Shown here piece by piece: positions 37,195 through 50,956 of a stretch of 64,000 nt of DNA. Position 1 is the first letter of the stretch, and every line of letters starts with the position of its first letter. The position numbers and the translations under genes are program-made. The notes below the pieces were generated by a model. The model did no database searches and had not been told where the DNA came from. It saw only the letters and a program-made list of their open reading frames with translations. This DNA is from Cyanophora paradoxa CCMP329 (taxonomy: Eukaryota; Plantae; Glaucophyta): positions 62,001 to 126,000 of the forward strand of contig QPMI01000032.1 in NCBI GenBank assembly GCA_004431415.1, written 5' to 3'.

Positions 37195-40100
37195 TCACGC
37201 CGAGGGGCTTGTCACGCGGCCTTGCGTGCGGGCGGCGCGCTGGTGGTACTCGTGGAGGAGAGCCGCCAGCCTGCGAACGCGCCACCGGCATCGCCCCCTC
37301 AGATGCAGCCCAGCCGGGTGGGGGGGGGGGGGGGGGGGGGGAAGGGACGGGGGGGGGAGAGGGGGAGAGGGAATTGAGGGGGGGAGGCGGGGGGGCGGGA
37401 GGAAAAGGGACGGGGGCGAGAGGGGGAGAGGGAATTGAGGGGGGGAGGGGCCCGGGGGGCGGGGGCGGGGGGGGGGGGGGGGTGGAAGGGACGGGGGGGG
37501 AGGGGGGAGAGGGAATTGAGGGGGGGGAGGGGGGGGCGGGCGCACTGCCCGGGGTCCTCCCTCAGGGCCCGGTGCGCCTCTACCAGAGACTCCAACTGAG
37601 GCGCCCGGGTCAGCGCTAAAGAAGGCAGGCTCAATAATAAAGGAGTCAAGTTAGAAGGCAGGCTCAATAAAGGAGTCAAGTTGAAGAAGGCAAGCGCAAT
37701 TAAGGAGTCAAGTTCAAAGCTTAATTTCAATTAAAGAAAGCGAAGGTGGGCTCGCCTTCGCCTTGGTCGCGGCGTGCTCGTTCCGCTCGCTCTTCAGCTC
37801 GCTCTCCTGCGCGCCCGGTCAGAAATCAAGCAGCGATGCAATATAAAGAAGCCCGGGAAAGAGATGGAAAGATGGATATAAAGAAATCAAGTGATGGATG
37901 GATGATGGAAAGATGGAAAGATACAAATCAAACAGAGATGTCATATAAAGAAATCAAGCAGAGATGCAATATAAAGAAGCCCGGGGCGCGGCGCGCGCCT
38001 TGGCGGCGATCTCCGCGTCCTTGTCCGCGATGGCGGCGCTCAGCCTCGCCGCCTCCGCCTCGCTCTCCTCCAGAGCAGAAGCCTGCGCGGGCGCACCCCG
38101 AAGACGCTCGAGTTCATGGATTTGAGGGGCTGGGGCCCGGCCCGGCCCGGCCCGGCCCGGCCCGGGGTATCTTATCCTGCCTTTTCGGCGATTTCCTCGT
38201 CCTTGGCGGCGAGCTCCGCGTCCTTGTCGGCTAGCTGCGTGCCCTTGGCGGCGACGTCCGCCCGCAGCTCCTCGGCCTCCGCCGCGCTCGCCTCGAGGCG
38301 CGAGGCCTGCGCGACGTCGACCCGGATCAGTTCCCGGTCGGAGAGGGGCCGGCCGCCCGAGGCGGCGGCCCAGCGCTAGCGCTAACGCGCCTTGTCGGCG
38401 AGCTCCTCCTCCTTGGCGGATAGCTGGGCCCGCAGCGCGCTCTCCTGCGCGCGGGCCGGATCAGTTCCCGGTCGGAGAGGGCGGAGAGGGGCCGCCCGAT
38501 CATATGAGGCGGAGGCGGCGGCCCAGCGAGCGCGCGCGCCTTGTCGGCGAGCTCCTTCTCCTTGGCGGCGAGCTCCTTCTCCTTGGCGGCGAGCTCCGCG
38601 TCCTTGGCGGCGAGCTCCTTCTCCTTGGCGGCGAGCTCCGCGTCCTTGGCGGCGAGCTCCTTCTCCTTGGCGGCGAGCTCCGCGTCCTTGGCGGCGAGCT
38701 CCTTCTCCTTGGCGGCGAGCTGCGCGTCCTTGGCGGCGAGCTCCTTCTCCTTGGCGGCGAGCTCCGCGTCCTTGGCGGCGAGCTCCTTCTCCTTGGCGGC
38801 GAGCTCCGCGTCCTTGGCGGCGAGCTCCTTCTCCTTGGCGGCGAGCTCCGCGTCCTTGGCGGCGAGCTCCTTCTCCTTGGCGGCGAGCTCCGCGTCCTTG
38901 GCGGCGAGCTCCTTCTCCTTGGCGGCGAGCTCCGCGTCCTTGGCGGCGAGCTCCTTCTCCTTGGCGGCGAGCTGCGCCCGCAGCGTGCTCTCCTGCGGGC
39001 TCGATCAGAAGAGCAACGAGATACTAATATATAAAGAGGGCGGAGGCTAAGGCCCAGCGCGCCTTGTCGACGATTTCCTTGTCCTTGGCGGCGATTTCGT
39101 TGTGCTTGGCGGCGATTTCCTTGTGCTTGGCGGCGAGCTCCGCGTCCTTGGCGGCGAGCTGGGCCCGCAGCCTCGCCACCAGCGCCGCGCTCTCCTCCAG
39201 ACCGGAGGCCTGCGCGCCACGTACCCCGTACCCCGGTCAGCACTTCGGAGGGAGGTTGCTGTACCCCTCCCCACGCCCCCCTCAAAAAGATTAGCGCACG
39301 AGCTGGCTCTTGTCCGCCTGGAGCTGCCTGTTCTGCGCCGCGCTCTCCTCCAGGCTGGAGGCCTGCGCGCCCCGCGGCCGCGCGCGTACCCCCGGTCAGC
39401 ATCTGGAGGGAGGCCGTACCCCCCAAAAAGGACGAGAAAAGCGCACGAGCTCCGCCTTGTCCGCCCGCAGCTGCTCGTTCAGCGCCTCGAGCGACCTGCA
39501 CTGACCCTCCAGCCGCCCGCTGCTCGCCTCCAGCTGCCGCACGCCGCCCTCCAGACGGGCCTGCTCCGCCTCCAGCCGCCCATTCTGCCGCTCGAGCTGT
39601 TCGTTCAGCTGCTGCAGCTGGCGCTTGTCGGCGTGGAGCTGCTTCCCGGCCTCCCGCAGCTCACACAGGGCCGACTCTGCAAGCTGAGCTCTCTCCCCCA
39701 GCCGCCCGTTGAGCTCCCGCAGCCGATCCGCCTCCTGCTTTTCCTGCTCGAGGCTGTCCTCCAGCCGCCCCTTCTGCTCCCGGAGCCGCCCGAATGCGGC
39801 CGTCTTCGCGACGAGCCGTATCCTCGAGAGGAGCCCCGCGTTCCGGAGCCGCTCCTTGTCCGCCTGGAGCTGCTCGACCCGCCCCTGCAGCTGACCGTTC
39901 TCCCACTCGAGGGGCGCCCACTGCGCCGCCCGAGTCGGGAGGGGGCGCGGGCGGGGAGCTCGAGGGGGCCCCGGCCCGGCCCGGCTTTGAGCGCACCGGG
40001 TCGGACTCGAAGGGGCCTTCGGGCGCAGCGCCGGCCTCCTCCGCCTCCTCCGAGGCGGGGGGCGCCGCGGGGGCGCCCTCCTGCCGAGTCTGCCTGTCAG

Positions 40101-40782
40101 GGCAGGCGTGGGCGCGTCGTGTGAAAGCGTCGGGCGGAGGCACCTGCGTCGTCGTCGTCGTCGTGGGGTCGGGCCAGGCCGCGGGGGCGGCGTCGACGTC
40201 CTCGTCGACGTGGGGCGAGGCCGGCCGGCCCTCGTCGAATCCGCCGAAGTCCGGCGCCTGCACGAGCGTGGGCGAGGGCGGGGGGTTGGGCGGGAGGCGG
40301 GAGGGGGGTACACGCGCACCTCGAGATCGCCGCCGGTCCCCTCGAGGGCAGCAGGTGGGGGGTGGGCCCCCGTCGGCTCGGCTAGCGCTTCCTGCATGGG
40401 CGTCAGAGCTCTGTGCGAAGGTAGCAGCAGGTTCCAGGCTCCCGGGCAGGGCGGGGCCCGAACCTGCTGATCATGAGCCGGGGGCTGCCCCGGACCCGTG
40501 CAAAGGCGCTTGCGGCCCGACTGGCGGGGCCCGGCGCTCGCCGAGCGGCCGCGGCCGCGCTCGATGGCGCTCGCCGAGCGGCCGCGCCCGGCTGCGGCCC
40601 GCCCGGCTCCCCGGCCGCGGCCCCGCCCGCGCCCGCGCCCACGCCCGCGCCCGCGCCCGCGCCCGCCGCTCCGCCCGCGGCCTACGGCAGACCGGAGGGG
40701 CTCGGCGCTCGCCGACCGACCGCGCTTCGGAACGCGCCTCGCGGCCGTCGCCGAGGCCGACCGGCCCGCAGCCCGCCCGAGT

Positions 40783-40818
<36 letters not shown>

Positions 40819-43586
40819 GACAGCTCGGGACCCGCCGAGCGGCCGCGCTTCTGGCTGCGCCGCGGCGCCGGCGCCTCCCGGGCTGCGGCGGGCTGGGCGG
40901 CGCTGCCCGCCGGCGCCCCCGCCTCCTCCTCCGCCGGTTGCTGCTCCGGGCGGGAAGCCGGCTGCTGCAGCCGCGGCGCCGGCTGCTGCAGCTGCGGCTG
41001 CTGCGCCGCGCGCCTCAGGACGAAGTCTTCGAGGCGCTGCTCGACCAGGCGGGGGGGCGCCGCGTTGGCGTTGGACGTGACGGGCTGGATGGAGCGCAGC
41101 GCCGGGAAGAGGGGCCCCGCCGCCGCCCGACCGCACGCCTCGGCCTGCGGCGCTTCTCAGACGGGTACATCATTTCAGGGAGCGCAAATTAGAGCCGCGC
41201 ACCAGGGCGGCGTAGCAGGCGGGGGAGGCCTCGAGGGTCAGGGCCTCGAGGCGGGGCAGGCGCCCGAGGGCGCGCCAGTCCGCCGCGCTCGGCTCCGGCC
41301 GCACGCCGAGGAGCGAGAGGGCGCGCAGCTGCGCGCAGGGCCGCAGGAGCGCCGGGAGCCCCGAGGCCGCCGCGTCCTCCGGGCAGAAGGGCTGCTCCGG
41401 GCCGCGGCCGCGGCCGTCGCGGCGGCCTTCTTCGGGGCCGGCGGGAGAGCTTTGGGGAGGGCGAAGGGCGCCTCGGCGAGACCCTCCAGGGTCAGCTCGC
41501 GGAGGGATCCCGCGCAGGCCGAGACGGCGAGGCGGAGGGCGGCCCGCGCGGCGCGCTCGCCGGCGGCGCTGGACGTGAAGTCGGGGAGCTGCGGGTGCCA
41601 GTGGCGTAGCCGCGCCAGGTGCAGCTGCCGGAGCGCGCGCCGCGCGGCCGCCGCGCTCAGCAGCCTCGCGAGCGAGTCGAATCTGCTCGCGCAAACAAGT
41701 GAGGGCGGGACGCGCCGCGCCGCGCGGCGCATCGCGGCGTGACTCACGTTATGTCGCAGTCCTCGAGGATCAGGCATCGCAGGGGCCGCTCGGCGTCTCC
41801 GATCAGCTTTTTGATCGCCTCCACCGCCGCCGCGTCGAGGGCGAAGAAGCGCAGCTCGAGGCGGCGCGGGCGGCAGCGGAGGCCTAGGGCGCTCGTGAGG
41901 AACGCGCTCCACGCTTTGGCCGAGTGCTCGAGCTTGATGTGGTTCTCCATGGGCAGGCCCCGGTCCCGCTTGGACGCGAAGAGGGAGCGGGCGGGGGCGA
42001 GGGCGCCGCCCACGAGGGCCCCCAGGCGCGCCAGGAACCCGGGGGCCGGGGCCGGGGCCCCGGTCCCTTTCTTGGACTTCCAGCACTCCTCCCGCAGGCC
42101 CAGCTGCCGGGACGACGCCCGTGAGGCGCCGGCGCCGGCGCGAGGGGGGGGGGGTACACGAACATCCAGGTGGACGTCGAGGAGACGCGCGCCCCCCGCG
42201 GCCTCGGCCGCGCCCGCCTCCCGCTCGATTTCGCTCAGCTTCTCTGCTTTGAGCTGCGGCCGCGAATTAGTCGAGGCGGGAGAGAGGGCGAGCGGGATGG
42301 GTACAGCACCCTCTTAAGGTTCGACAGGGGGACGGGCTTCGCGCTGCGGCCGAGGCCGGACGAGTCGAGGTCGAGGACTGGGGGGAGGGACACGAGGGGG
42401 CGTCAGTCAAGAGAGGGGCGGGGTCCGGACTCTAGGCCCCAGCAGACTGGCTAGGTCCTAGGTCCTAAGAGGGGCGGGGCCTGGACCCTCGCGGGCTCCC
42501 GAGGGGGCGGGGCGGAGCGGGGCGTGGCGGGGCGGGGCGTGGCGGGGAGCGGGCACACTGAACGAGCGGCGCTGGCCGGGATCCTAGGTCCTAACTTCAT
42601 TAGTTGTATGGATGTGCTAATGCAAATCTTTCTCGGGATCCTAGGTCCTAGGTTCTAAGGTCCTAGGTCCTAAGAGGGGCGGGGCCCGGGCCCTCGCTAA
42701 GCCCTAGGTCCAGCGGGCGGGGCCCGAAGAACATGCGGGAGGCAGGGAGCGGGGCGGGGCGGGGGGTACGCACTGAGGGAGCGGCGCTGGCCGGGGGCCC
42801 CCCGGAGGCCCTCCGCGAGCCGCCCGCCCCACTCCGCCGCGGGCACCTCGCCCTGCCCGTAGCAGCCGTCGGCGTCGTCCTCCTCCTCCTCGCCCTCCTC
42901 CTCCTCCTCGTCGTCGCCCTGGGCGGCGGGCGCGGCGAGCGAGCCGCCACCGCCCGTCGTCGCGGCGCCAGACGAGCTGCCGCTGCTGCTGCTGCCGCTG
43001 CCGAAGACGCTCGGCGAGCCGCTCCTCTCCTCCTCCTCCTCCTCCTCGCCCATCGCCGCGGGACCGCCAGGCGAGCCGCTGCTGCTGCTGCTGCCGCCGA
43101 AGCCCCCCGCCGCCCCCGGCTGCTGCTGGCCGGCCGCCCCCGCTTCCTCCTCCTCTCCGCCCAGCTCCGCATCGCCCTCCTCCTCCTCGCCCCTCTCATC
43201 CGCATCCATCGCCGCGTCCAGCGAGGGACTGAACGCCACTCCGAAGTCCTCTTCGAGCTCCGCCTCCTCCGTCGGGCGCGGGCAGCTCTCCATCATCGCC
43301 CCCTTGGGCGACGGGCTCGGCGTCTCCTCCGCGTCGAACCCCTTCACGGCTGCGGGGGGGGCCGTCGGGGGGGTACAGGGCGAGCGGGGGCCAGGGGCTC
43401 GCGTACCCCCCGGGGTGGCGTCCCGCCCGGAGATCTCAAGGGCATCGAAGCCAGGGCCCAGCCTGGGCGCCGGTCAGGTTGGGGGGTTGGGGGGTTGGGG
43501 GGAGGAGGGGGGGGTAGGGGGAAGGTGGTCGGGGGGGTACAGGGACGGACGGACCTGGCGGGGGTGCTGTCGATAAGCATATCCAT
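37195..43586 (-). CDS. Large multi-exon protein: acidic N-terminus, RNI/LRR-like repeats, RG-rich segment, long coiled coil
   Basis: LRR-like LRCLILEDC, LRELTLEG, LRALSL, LPRLEALTLE; (RG)n tracts; heptad exons; last exon LAALLHEYHQRAARTQGRVTSPSA*. Could be two genes split near 40.4 kb. Confidence 0.55.
38541..38975 (-). repeat. 21/42-bp coding repeat giving ~20 heptads (ELAAKEK/ELAAKDA)
   Basis: Alternating CTTGGCGGCGAGCTCCTTCTC and CTTGGCGGCGAGCTCCGCGTC on +. Confidence 0.9.
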
Positions 43587-44634
43587 GTGTGAGGCTCGCT
43601 CCTGCGCGAGGGGTGGTGAGCGAGTGGTAGGGGGGTACAGGTTTGAGCGAGTGGTAGGGGGGTACAGGTTTGGGGCCCGGGGTACAGGCGTGACAGCCAA
43701 AGGTAGAAGAAGGAAGAAGACCTAGGAGAACGCACAGGGAACGTGCCGAGGAGGCCTAATAGGACGGTAGGGGGCTACGGGTTTCGACCCCGGGGTACAG
43801 CTAACTTGCAAGAGAGGGCGATGGTGAGGCGTGTAGCGCTAGCGACGCTGGACGAGGGAAGTAGGAGAGAGATTCTAAAGAGCGCTCCATAGGGCGGGGA
43901 CGCCCCGGGTCCGGCCTGGCAGGTCCTAAGCCGCACGGGAAGTACCAGGTCCGACGGCTATCGCTCGCGAGGGCCGGCCGAGCGGCGCGCGGATCTCTAG
44001 CACGGGTTTGAACGTCTAAACGCGCGGCGAAGGTTCTCGTGCTCACAGGCGGCGCGGCGATGCGAGGGCGCACCGAATGACGCCGACGGACGCACGACGC
44101 CCGGCGGTCCCGATGCGACGCCCTCCGACGGAGCGGATCTGCGCGCGAATGAGCGTCAGCAATGCTTCCGTACATGCGAGTCCCCGCGGCGTCCGGCCTG
44201 GCTGCCGCCGCATTGCACTGCCCTTCCATCCCTTTTGAAAAGAGCGCCCTAGGCTCGGCCAGCCCGGCGACGGAGAATCGCGGACATACTTCTAGAGCTT
44301 TCAGAGCGACTTGCTTGCGCTTTGCGGCGCGCCGCGCGCGCCCCGGGCGGGCGCGGGCCGCCAGAGCATCTTGCGGGCACCGGGGAGACCGGCGAGCGCC
44401 CAGCGCTAGCGCAACGAACATTCATTGCGTACCTGTTACGTGCGCAGCGGCGACGGGGCCGGGACGGGCCGGACGCCGGCGCCTTCGAAAATGTTCAGGC
44501 GGGTACGTCCCACTTCGTTCGCAACGAAAACCCTGTGAGCGCTCGCCGCTCAGGGCTAGCTGGCGCCAGCAGCGACTCTGCCCGAGATCGATACCATCAG
44601 CCGGTCGCATCCTGCGGCCTCGAGCCCCAGGGCG

Positions 44635-47600
44635 ATGAGCGGGCCGAGCGAGACGCACGACGGCCACGACGAGCCGCCGCTGCCGCCGGAGGCCTTTCTG
44701 CGCACCGTTCGTTTCTCCCTGCTTCCGCTGGGTCGCGGTGCATTCCCGCTGGACCGTCCGGCCTGGATCGGTGCTAAGCGTCCGCAGGCGCCTCGGGCAC
44801 TGTCTACCGCATTCTCGCGCCGGATGGGCCCGGCACGGTCGCTGTGAAGCAGGTTCCTCGGTCGCCGGATCGCGGCGGGCGCGACTTGGACCTGTACGGC
44901 GCGAAGCTCGCTCGGTGCGCCGCGATGCTCCCCGCGGCCCGCCGGGTCGCCCGCCGACCATCCGCAGAGCGTGCGAGCATGAGCACATCGCGCCCGTCTC
45001 TGCTGTGTACGCCGTGCGTCCGATCCGCCACCGCCGGCGCCGCGCGTAGTCCGGCCGCGCGGCTGATCGGGCGGCGCCTGCGGCGGGCAGGACGCGAGCA
45101 ATACGTACATAGTGATGCCCGAGGCTACCACGAACCTCGAGCGGCTCATCCGCTCCCTCCACGCCAACCCCTGTCCGCCCCCTCCCGCCCCCGCCCGCCC
45201 GGCGTCCCTCCCCTCGACCTTGGCCGCGCCTGGCTGGCTGACCAGGGCGCGGCGCAGCGGCGGGGGCGGAGGTGGCGGCACTGACAGTGGAGTACGCGCG
45301 CCAGCTCGCGTGCGCGCTACGGTACCTCCACCACATTCGATCGTGCGCCGCCCTCGCCCGCCCCTTCCCTCGCCCAACCCGGCGCCCTCCCGGGTTCTGA
45401 CGTGCGCCCCGCCCCGCAGGCCGCCCCTGGCGCACAGGGATCTGAAGCCCTCGAACGTGTTGGTGTACCCCTCCGACGGGCGCACGCGGCCCGGGGTACC
45501 GCACCGCCTCGCCCTCGCCGACTTCGGCGTGGCGTGCGAGGTCGACGAGCTGGTACCCCTCCCTTCCCCTTCCTTACCGTACCCCTCCCCGTCCGACGGG
45601 CCGCCCCGCAGGGTGTCGGGATCGGTCCGGGGGGTACCGCAATCGCCGGAAGCCCGGGGTACCTCCCCGCCGAGCTCGTGGCGGCCAGGAGTCAGCCCGG
45701 GGTACGTCCGCGACACCCGCCCTCGCCCCCTTCCCCGCCCACCCGCGCCGAATGAAGGGTCTCGCGCAGGGAAAGGTTCCCCCGCTCTACGACGCACGGA
45801 AACAGGTACCCCCCTCCCCCACTACGGCTCTTGCCGCTTCCCTTCGTGGCCGACGGGTACGCGGCACGCAGGACGTCTACGCGTGGGGACTGCTGGCCGC
45901 GCAGCTCGCGACGAACGTGGTACCCCAGACGCAGGGGCCCGGCACCCGCAGGTCTGCAACCGTACCCCTCTTCCCCCCCCCCCCCCACTCTTCCGGCCCC
46001 TTGCGATTCTCAGCCTCGCATTGCAGGGACCGGCTGCCGCCGCGGCTCTGCGCGCTAGTCGAGCGCTGCTTGGACCCGCGGCCCGAGGCGCGGCCCACCG
46101 CCGCGGAGATCGCCGCCTCCTTCGACGGGCCCGAGGAGGGCCCCCTACCCCCCGACCTCCCCCGCAGCCCCGCCCCGTCGCCCCCGCCGCGTACCCCCTC
46201 CCCGCCCCCGCTCCTCGTACCCCTCAGCGGCGCCCCGCCCGTACCCCCCGCGGACTCCGAGGCGTTGGGGCAGCCCCCGCCCCCGCGCCTCCCGCCCCGG
46301 CGGGTCGACGTCGCCGGCCCGGCCCCAGGAACCGCCGGCGCCTCCTCCTCGTCGCCCCTGCCGCCCCTGGCCGCCCCGTCCCCCCCGCCCGTGACAGGTC
46401 CCGACGCTTCTTCTTCGTCGTCGTCCTCGGACCGGAGCGAGGCGGGCGAAAAAGAGGAGGAGGAGGAAGAAGAAGAACAGCAGGAGAGCCCGGCGGCCGT
46501 CCCCGCCTCCTCCGCCCCCTCCGCCCCCACCTCCGCCTCCTCTTTAGCGGAGCTGGAGGCGAGGCTGCAGCGGCTGGCGCCGGGGGCCCCGCCCCCCTCG
46601 GGGATGAAGGCGCGCCTCTACGTCCAGGACCTCCTCCCCTTCTACGGCGGCATCCAGGCGCGCTTTTTCAGATTAAGTCCTTCGGTTTATAGCTGTGAAT
46701 TCAGATTAGAGTGAAGTTTAGTCTGACCTTCCAAGGCCCCTTCGCTTCTTGATTAAAGTCCTCCGCTATTCTAGTCCGCTTCCTGATTAAAGTTCCTTTC
46801 TCCGCTATTCTTAGTCCTTGAAGACCTTTCGCTTCCTGATTGAAGCACTCCTTTCTGAGAGTCCTTTGCTTCTTGATTCAATTTCCTCTTGCTCAAGTTC
46901 CTCTGGAATTAAGTCCTTCTTACTGAAGCCCTTTTCTTCTTATTTAAAGTCCTTCCTGAAAGTCCTCTTAGTAGTTCCTACTTTCTTCCTACTCCGTCGG
47001 CTACTCCGTCTTCTGACTCTGCTTCGTTCGCTCTCGCAGGAGGCAGCCACGGCGTACCAGGGCGCCTCGGAGGAGGCGCGGGCCTCCGCCGCCGCCGCCC
47101 TCGCCGCCATTCTCCCCACTACGACTTCGCCGGCGCAGCCCCCCACTACTACGGACGGGGACGGGGACGGGGGCGGCGAGGCGCTGCGGCGGCTGCTCTC
47201 CTCGAGCGAGGTCCTGCTGCTCCACCTGCAGACCGAGCTGCTGGCCCCGGGCGCCCCGCCCTCCGTGCACCGCAAGGCGCGCTCGCGCTCGCGCTCCGCG
47301 CTCTCCACACCCGCGAGGGACCTAAGGCTAGAGGGGGGGTACGAGCAGCGGGCGAAGCACTCGAGGCACATGTCGGAGCCCTGCGCAGACGCTCGCTAGG
47401 CTAGAGGGGAGGGACTGCCACACCCGCGAGGGACCTAATTCCCTCGCCTCTATCCTACCTCTATGCCCTCTGCTCTCCCCTCGCGCGCGCTCTCCCTGCG
47501 GGACGGCGCAGGGGATACCGCCTGTCCCCGATAGGCTCCGGGCACACCGATAGAGCGCCGCCCCCGCCCCCGAGAGGCTAGAGGGGACACCGATACCGCC

Positions 47601-48751
47601 TGCCCCCGCCTCTACTCTACTCTACAGCCACTCCGCCTCCCCCTCACCACGCGGTCTCTCTCGTAGGACTGCGCCGTCTGCAGGAAGCGCATCAAGGGCG
47701 TCCGCCTCCGCTGCAACACCTGCAACCCGACCGTGCGCCCGAGCTCTTCTCCAGTCTCTAGTTTGGAATTTGGAGAAGGGTTCTTTCGCCAGTTTAGAAT
47801 TTGGAGAAGGCCTAGGGTTCTTTCGTCTCTCGGACTCCTTCTGGCGGAACGCGACTCGCGCTTTAGAGTGTACCCCGCGTACTTTTTTCTCCTCACTCCC
47901 GTCTGCGCAGGGCTTCGACATGTGCCTCGAGTGCTTCGCCCGCTGCTCGTACCCCCACGTCAACGGCCACGAGCTTCTCGTGAAGGGTACCCCCCTGCCG
48001 CTCGCTCCGTCCCCCTCTCCCATCCCCGACGCGTACCCCCCCCCCCAGTCGTCAGCGGCGGGGCCTACACCCTCGTGCCCCAGGGTGCGCTTTCCTCTAC
48101 CCCGCTCCCCTGCTCCCCCCCCCCCCCCCCCCCCCCGCCCGACTCCGGCGCAGACGACTGGCCGGAGGTGCGGGCGGCGGCCGAGGCGATCGCTGCGGCG
48201 GCGGCGGCGGACGCGGACCCGGGGCCGTCTTCGGGGCCCTATTGGCGAGCGGCGTGCCCCCGCGCCCCGCCGCCGCCGCCCTGCGCTTCGTGCGGCGCGC
48301 CTGCGTCGGGGGCGGGCCCTTCGCGGCCCCGCCGGCGCCCATCCAGCGTGAGTTCCACTTCTCGCCCCTCGAGATGGCCCGGCTCGCATGCTTCGCGCTC
48401 CGGCACGAGCGGGGGCCCGGCTGGCTCCCCGCCTCGCTCCTCGCGCCAAACCGCCTGCCTGAGGAGGCGGCGCTGCCCGGGATCGCCCGGGAGGCCGTCG
48501 CCGCCTGCGGGCGCCTCTTCGCGGCGCGGGGGCGGGACGCCCACAGCGTCCTGCTCGTGGAGGGCGCCACGGCGCTCTCCGTCATCGCCCGCCTCCGCGT
48601 GGCGCAGGCGGCCGCCGCCGCCGCGGCCGCCGCCTCGCCGCCGGCCTCGCCGCTCTCCTCGGCCCCTTGTTCCTCGGGGGGGGCCGGGAGCCCAGTCTCT
48701 CGCACCCGCTCCTCGCGTCCGGGGGCCCCCGGGGCCTGTCCCGTCATGTAG
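44635..48751 (+). CDS. Ser/Thr protein kinase with downstream ZZ-type zinc finger (multi-exon)
   Basis: VAVKQ, HEHI, HRDLKPSNVL, LADFG, GSPGYLPAE, DVYAWG and RCLDPRPEARPTAAEI. ZZ finger CAVCRKRIKGVRLRCNTC/FDMCLECF...H...H. Confidence 0.85.
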
Positions 48752-50956
48752 CTATATGAAGGCCCCCTAGGCCTAGGCCTGGTCATGTCCTCGCCTGCCG
48801 CGTCCAAGTACAGTCGACGTCTAGATCTGTTGTGCCGCGGGAGGATCGCAACCGAAACAGCGCTCGCAAACACCGATGATATTGATATCGACGGCATCGT
48901 GCTATGGCCATGGCCACGAGCATGCTATGGTGATCGATATCAGAGGCATGTGATCATGAATCACAGAGACGGGAGCTTGAGCTCGAGTTGGCAAGGGATC
49001 CGGAGGGCAGTGCACGTATATAGCCTGGTAGACAAAATCTAGACAGCGCCAGCCTGGCCGACGTCACGACGATCGCCATTTATTGCAAGGGGGGAAAAGA
49101 AGACCGAAGGTCTTCCCCCCCTTGCTTCCCGTTCCCTCGCTTCAGCCAAAAGTTTTCTATGAGGCCGTTTTCGAGGTCCAGTTTGCAACGAAAATGTGCC
49201 GTTATTCGCGATCTGATTGGCTCGGTGGACCGGTCAGCTCTCGACTTTCGAGCGTCGAATTCGAGGGGAAATAGTGGTTTTCGAGGGGAAAACTATTTCT
49301 AAAACTCCGGTCTTCGAATTCCTTGCGCGGTTCTGCATGGAACCAGTTCTCCTTAGCTGTCTCCTCTAGATTTCGGCTTCGTCGCAGAGCGTCGCGTACG
49401 CCTTGCTCTTCGTTGCGCGGTTCTGCATACAATCACAGTGCGTGTGTACTTCCTAGCTGTCTCCTCTAGATTTCCGCTTCGAATTCCTTGCAGTGCGCCG
49501 CGTACGCCGCACGGTATCGTACGCCGCATATGCTACTTTTGACTGCATCAAGTTTGCACCGCAGCACTAGTACTGCGTACCGAGCACGCGCCGCTGCGCG
49601 CAGCCGAGCACGCTGCCCGGCACTCGTGCTTGATAGAGCTTGCACCGCACTGCGGCAAAACGTTAACCGCTTGCACCGCTGCCTATAGCTAGCTGCCGCA
49701 GTGCGCCGCTGATCGCAGCCGAGGACGCAAGGCCGTCCAGACTGTCATCTCTTGCTGCGCCGAATACGTCTGCGAAATCGAGTTTATACCGCAGTTTTGC
49801 GTGCGCCGCTGCCCGCAGCCGAGCACGTTGGCCGCGGCCCGGCCCGGCGCTTTTGTTGCGCTCGCGCGCGGTGAACGTTGCCACTCCGCTGCGCATGCAC
49901 GGCTTCTCCGACTGGCGGCGGTGCTTGCTTCCGGCTACTAGGCTAGCAGCTTCGCGAGATTGCGCACTAGATGGGGCGGCGATCTAGATCTGCAGCCGCT
50001 TCTGTGCCCGGAGATGTCGTCCCTGGGCGAGATTTCCTGCCGTCGGACGCCCAATGCACGTTCTCATCGTCGTGCACTGGCGGAATTTGCTTACGTTGTC
50101 CGCCCGGAGTCCGTGAACACTTCTGCTATCGCAGAAGCTTGCTTCGTCATGTTCGGCAGCACAGTCGCAGCATCGCCACGCAGGGCACTTACAATTCAGC
50201 AGTGAGCATGCGTGCGCAGTCTTCAGTTGGCGTGCAGCTGTCTGAAATTATATATGTATTGCATACACAGGTCGCCGCAGCTGAAGACCACAGAAGTCCT
50301 CCCACAGGCTTATCGTCACATTTTCCTCTGGCGGTACCCTCTCGTTAGTTGACATGCATCTCCCGCCCGCATTGACGTGTACGCTTAGCCTGGAGCGTTT
50401 CAAATGCCGCACACTGAGCCTGGAGCGTTTCAAATGCCTGAGACGAACATTGGAGTAGCGCCAGCCCGTCAAATCAATCAGGTTTGCGATAGACTCATAT
50501 ATGCATTCCGAATAATGTGAATGACTTGTTGCTCCAGGCTTTGCCACCATCGTCGATCGCAGTGCGTGGATGAAACTCACGAGACTTATTCAAATTGCTG
50601 AAATACTGTGCAGGAACCCTCCTCGAAACGCGTGCGCTGCAACGGGAGATCAGCTGATCGAGGCCAGAGCGCGCTGCACGCGCCGCCGGCTCGATCGATA
50701 CAGTTCTCGAAGACGAGATGCATCACACCCTTCCGTTTCCGACTGGCGCCCGTTTCACGTGCGTGCGCATGCGCTGCAGCCGCACTCACGCATTCCTCAG
50801 CCTGACACCAAGAGGATCCGGAGCGAGCGAAGCTGACGCCGGCGCAGCCGCGCGGACCTCGAGCACAAGTGCAACGCTTCGAACCAGGTGCGACCGCCGA
50901 GCGGCCTCCGTCTCTGAAGTCAACATCATCTGAACCATCCGCAGCTCCCCTTCGCG

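Noticed and set aside
38500-39050. RRSSPP (SR-like) and LGGEL repeat ORFs
   Set aside because: Alternative frames of the ELAAKEK heptad repeat; only the heptad frame fits the flanking splice sites.
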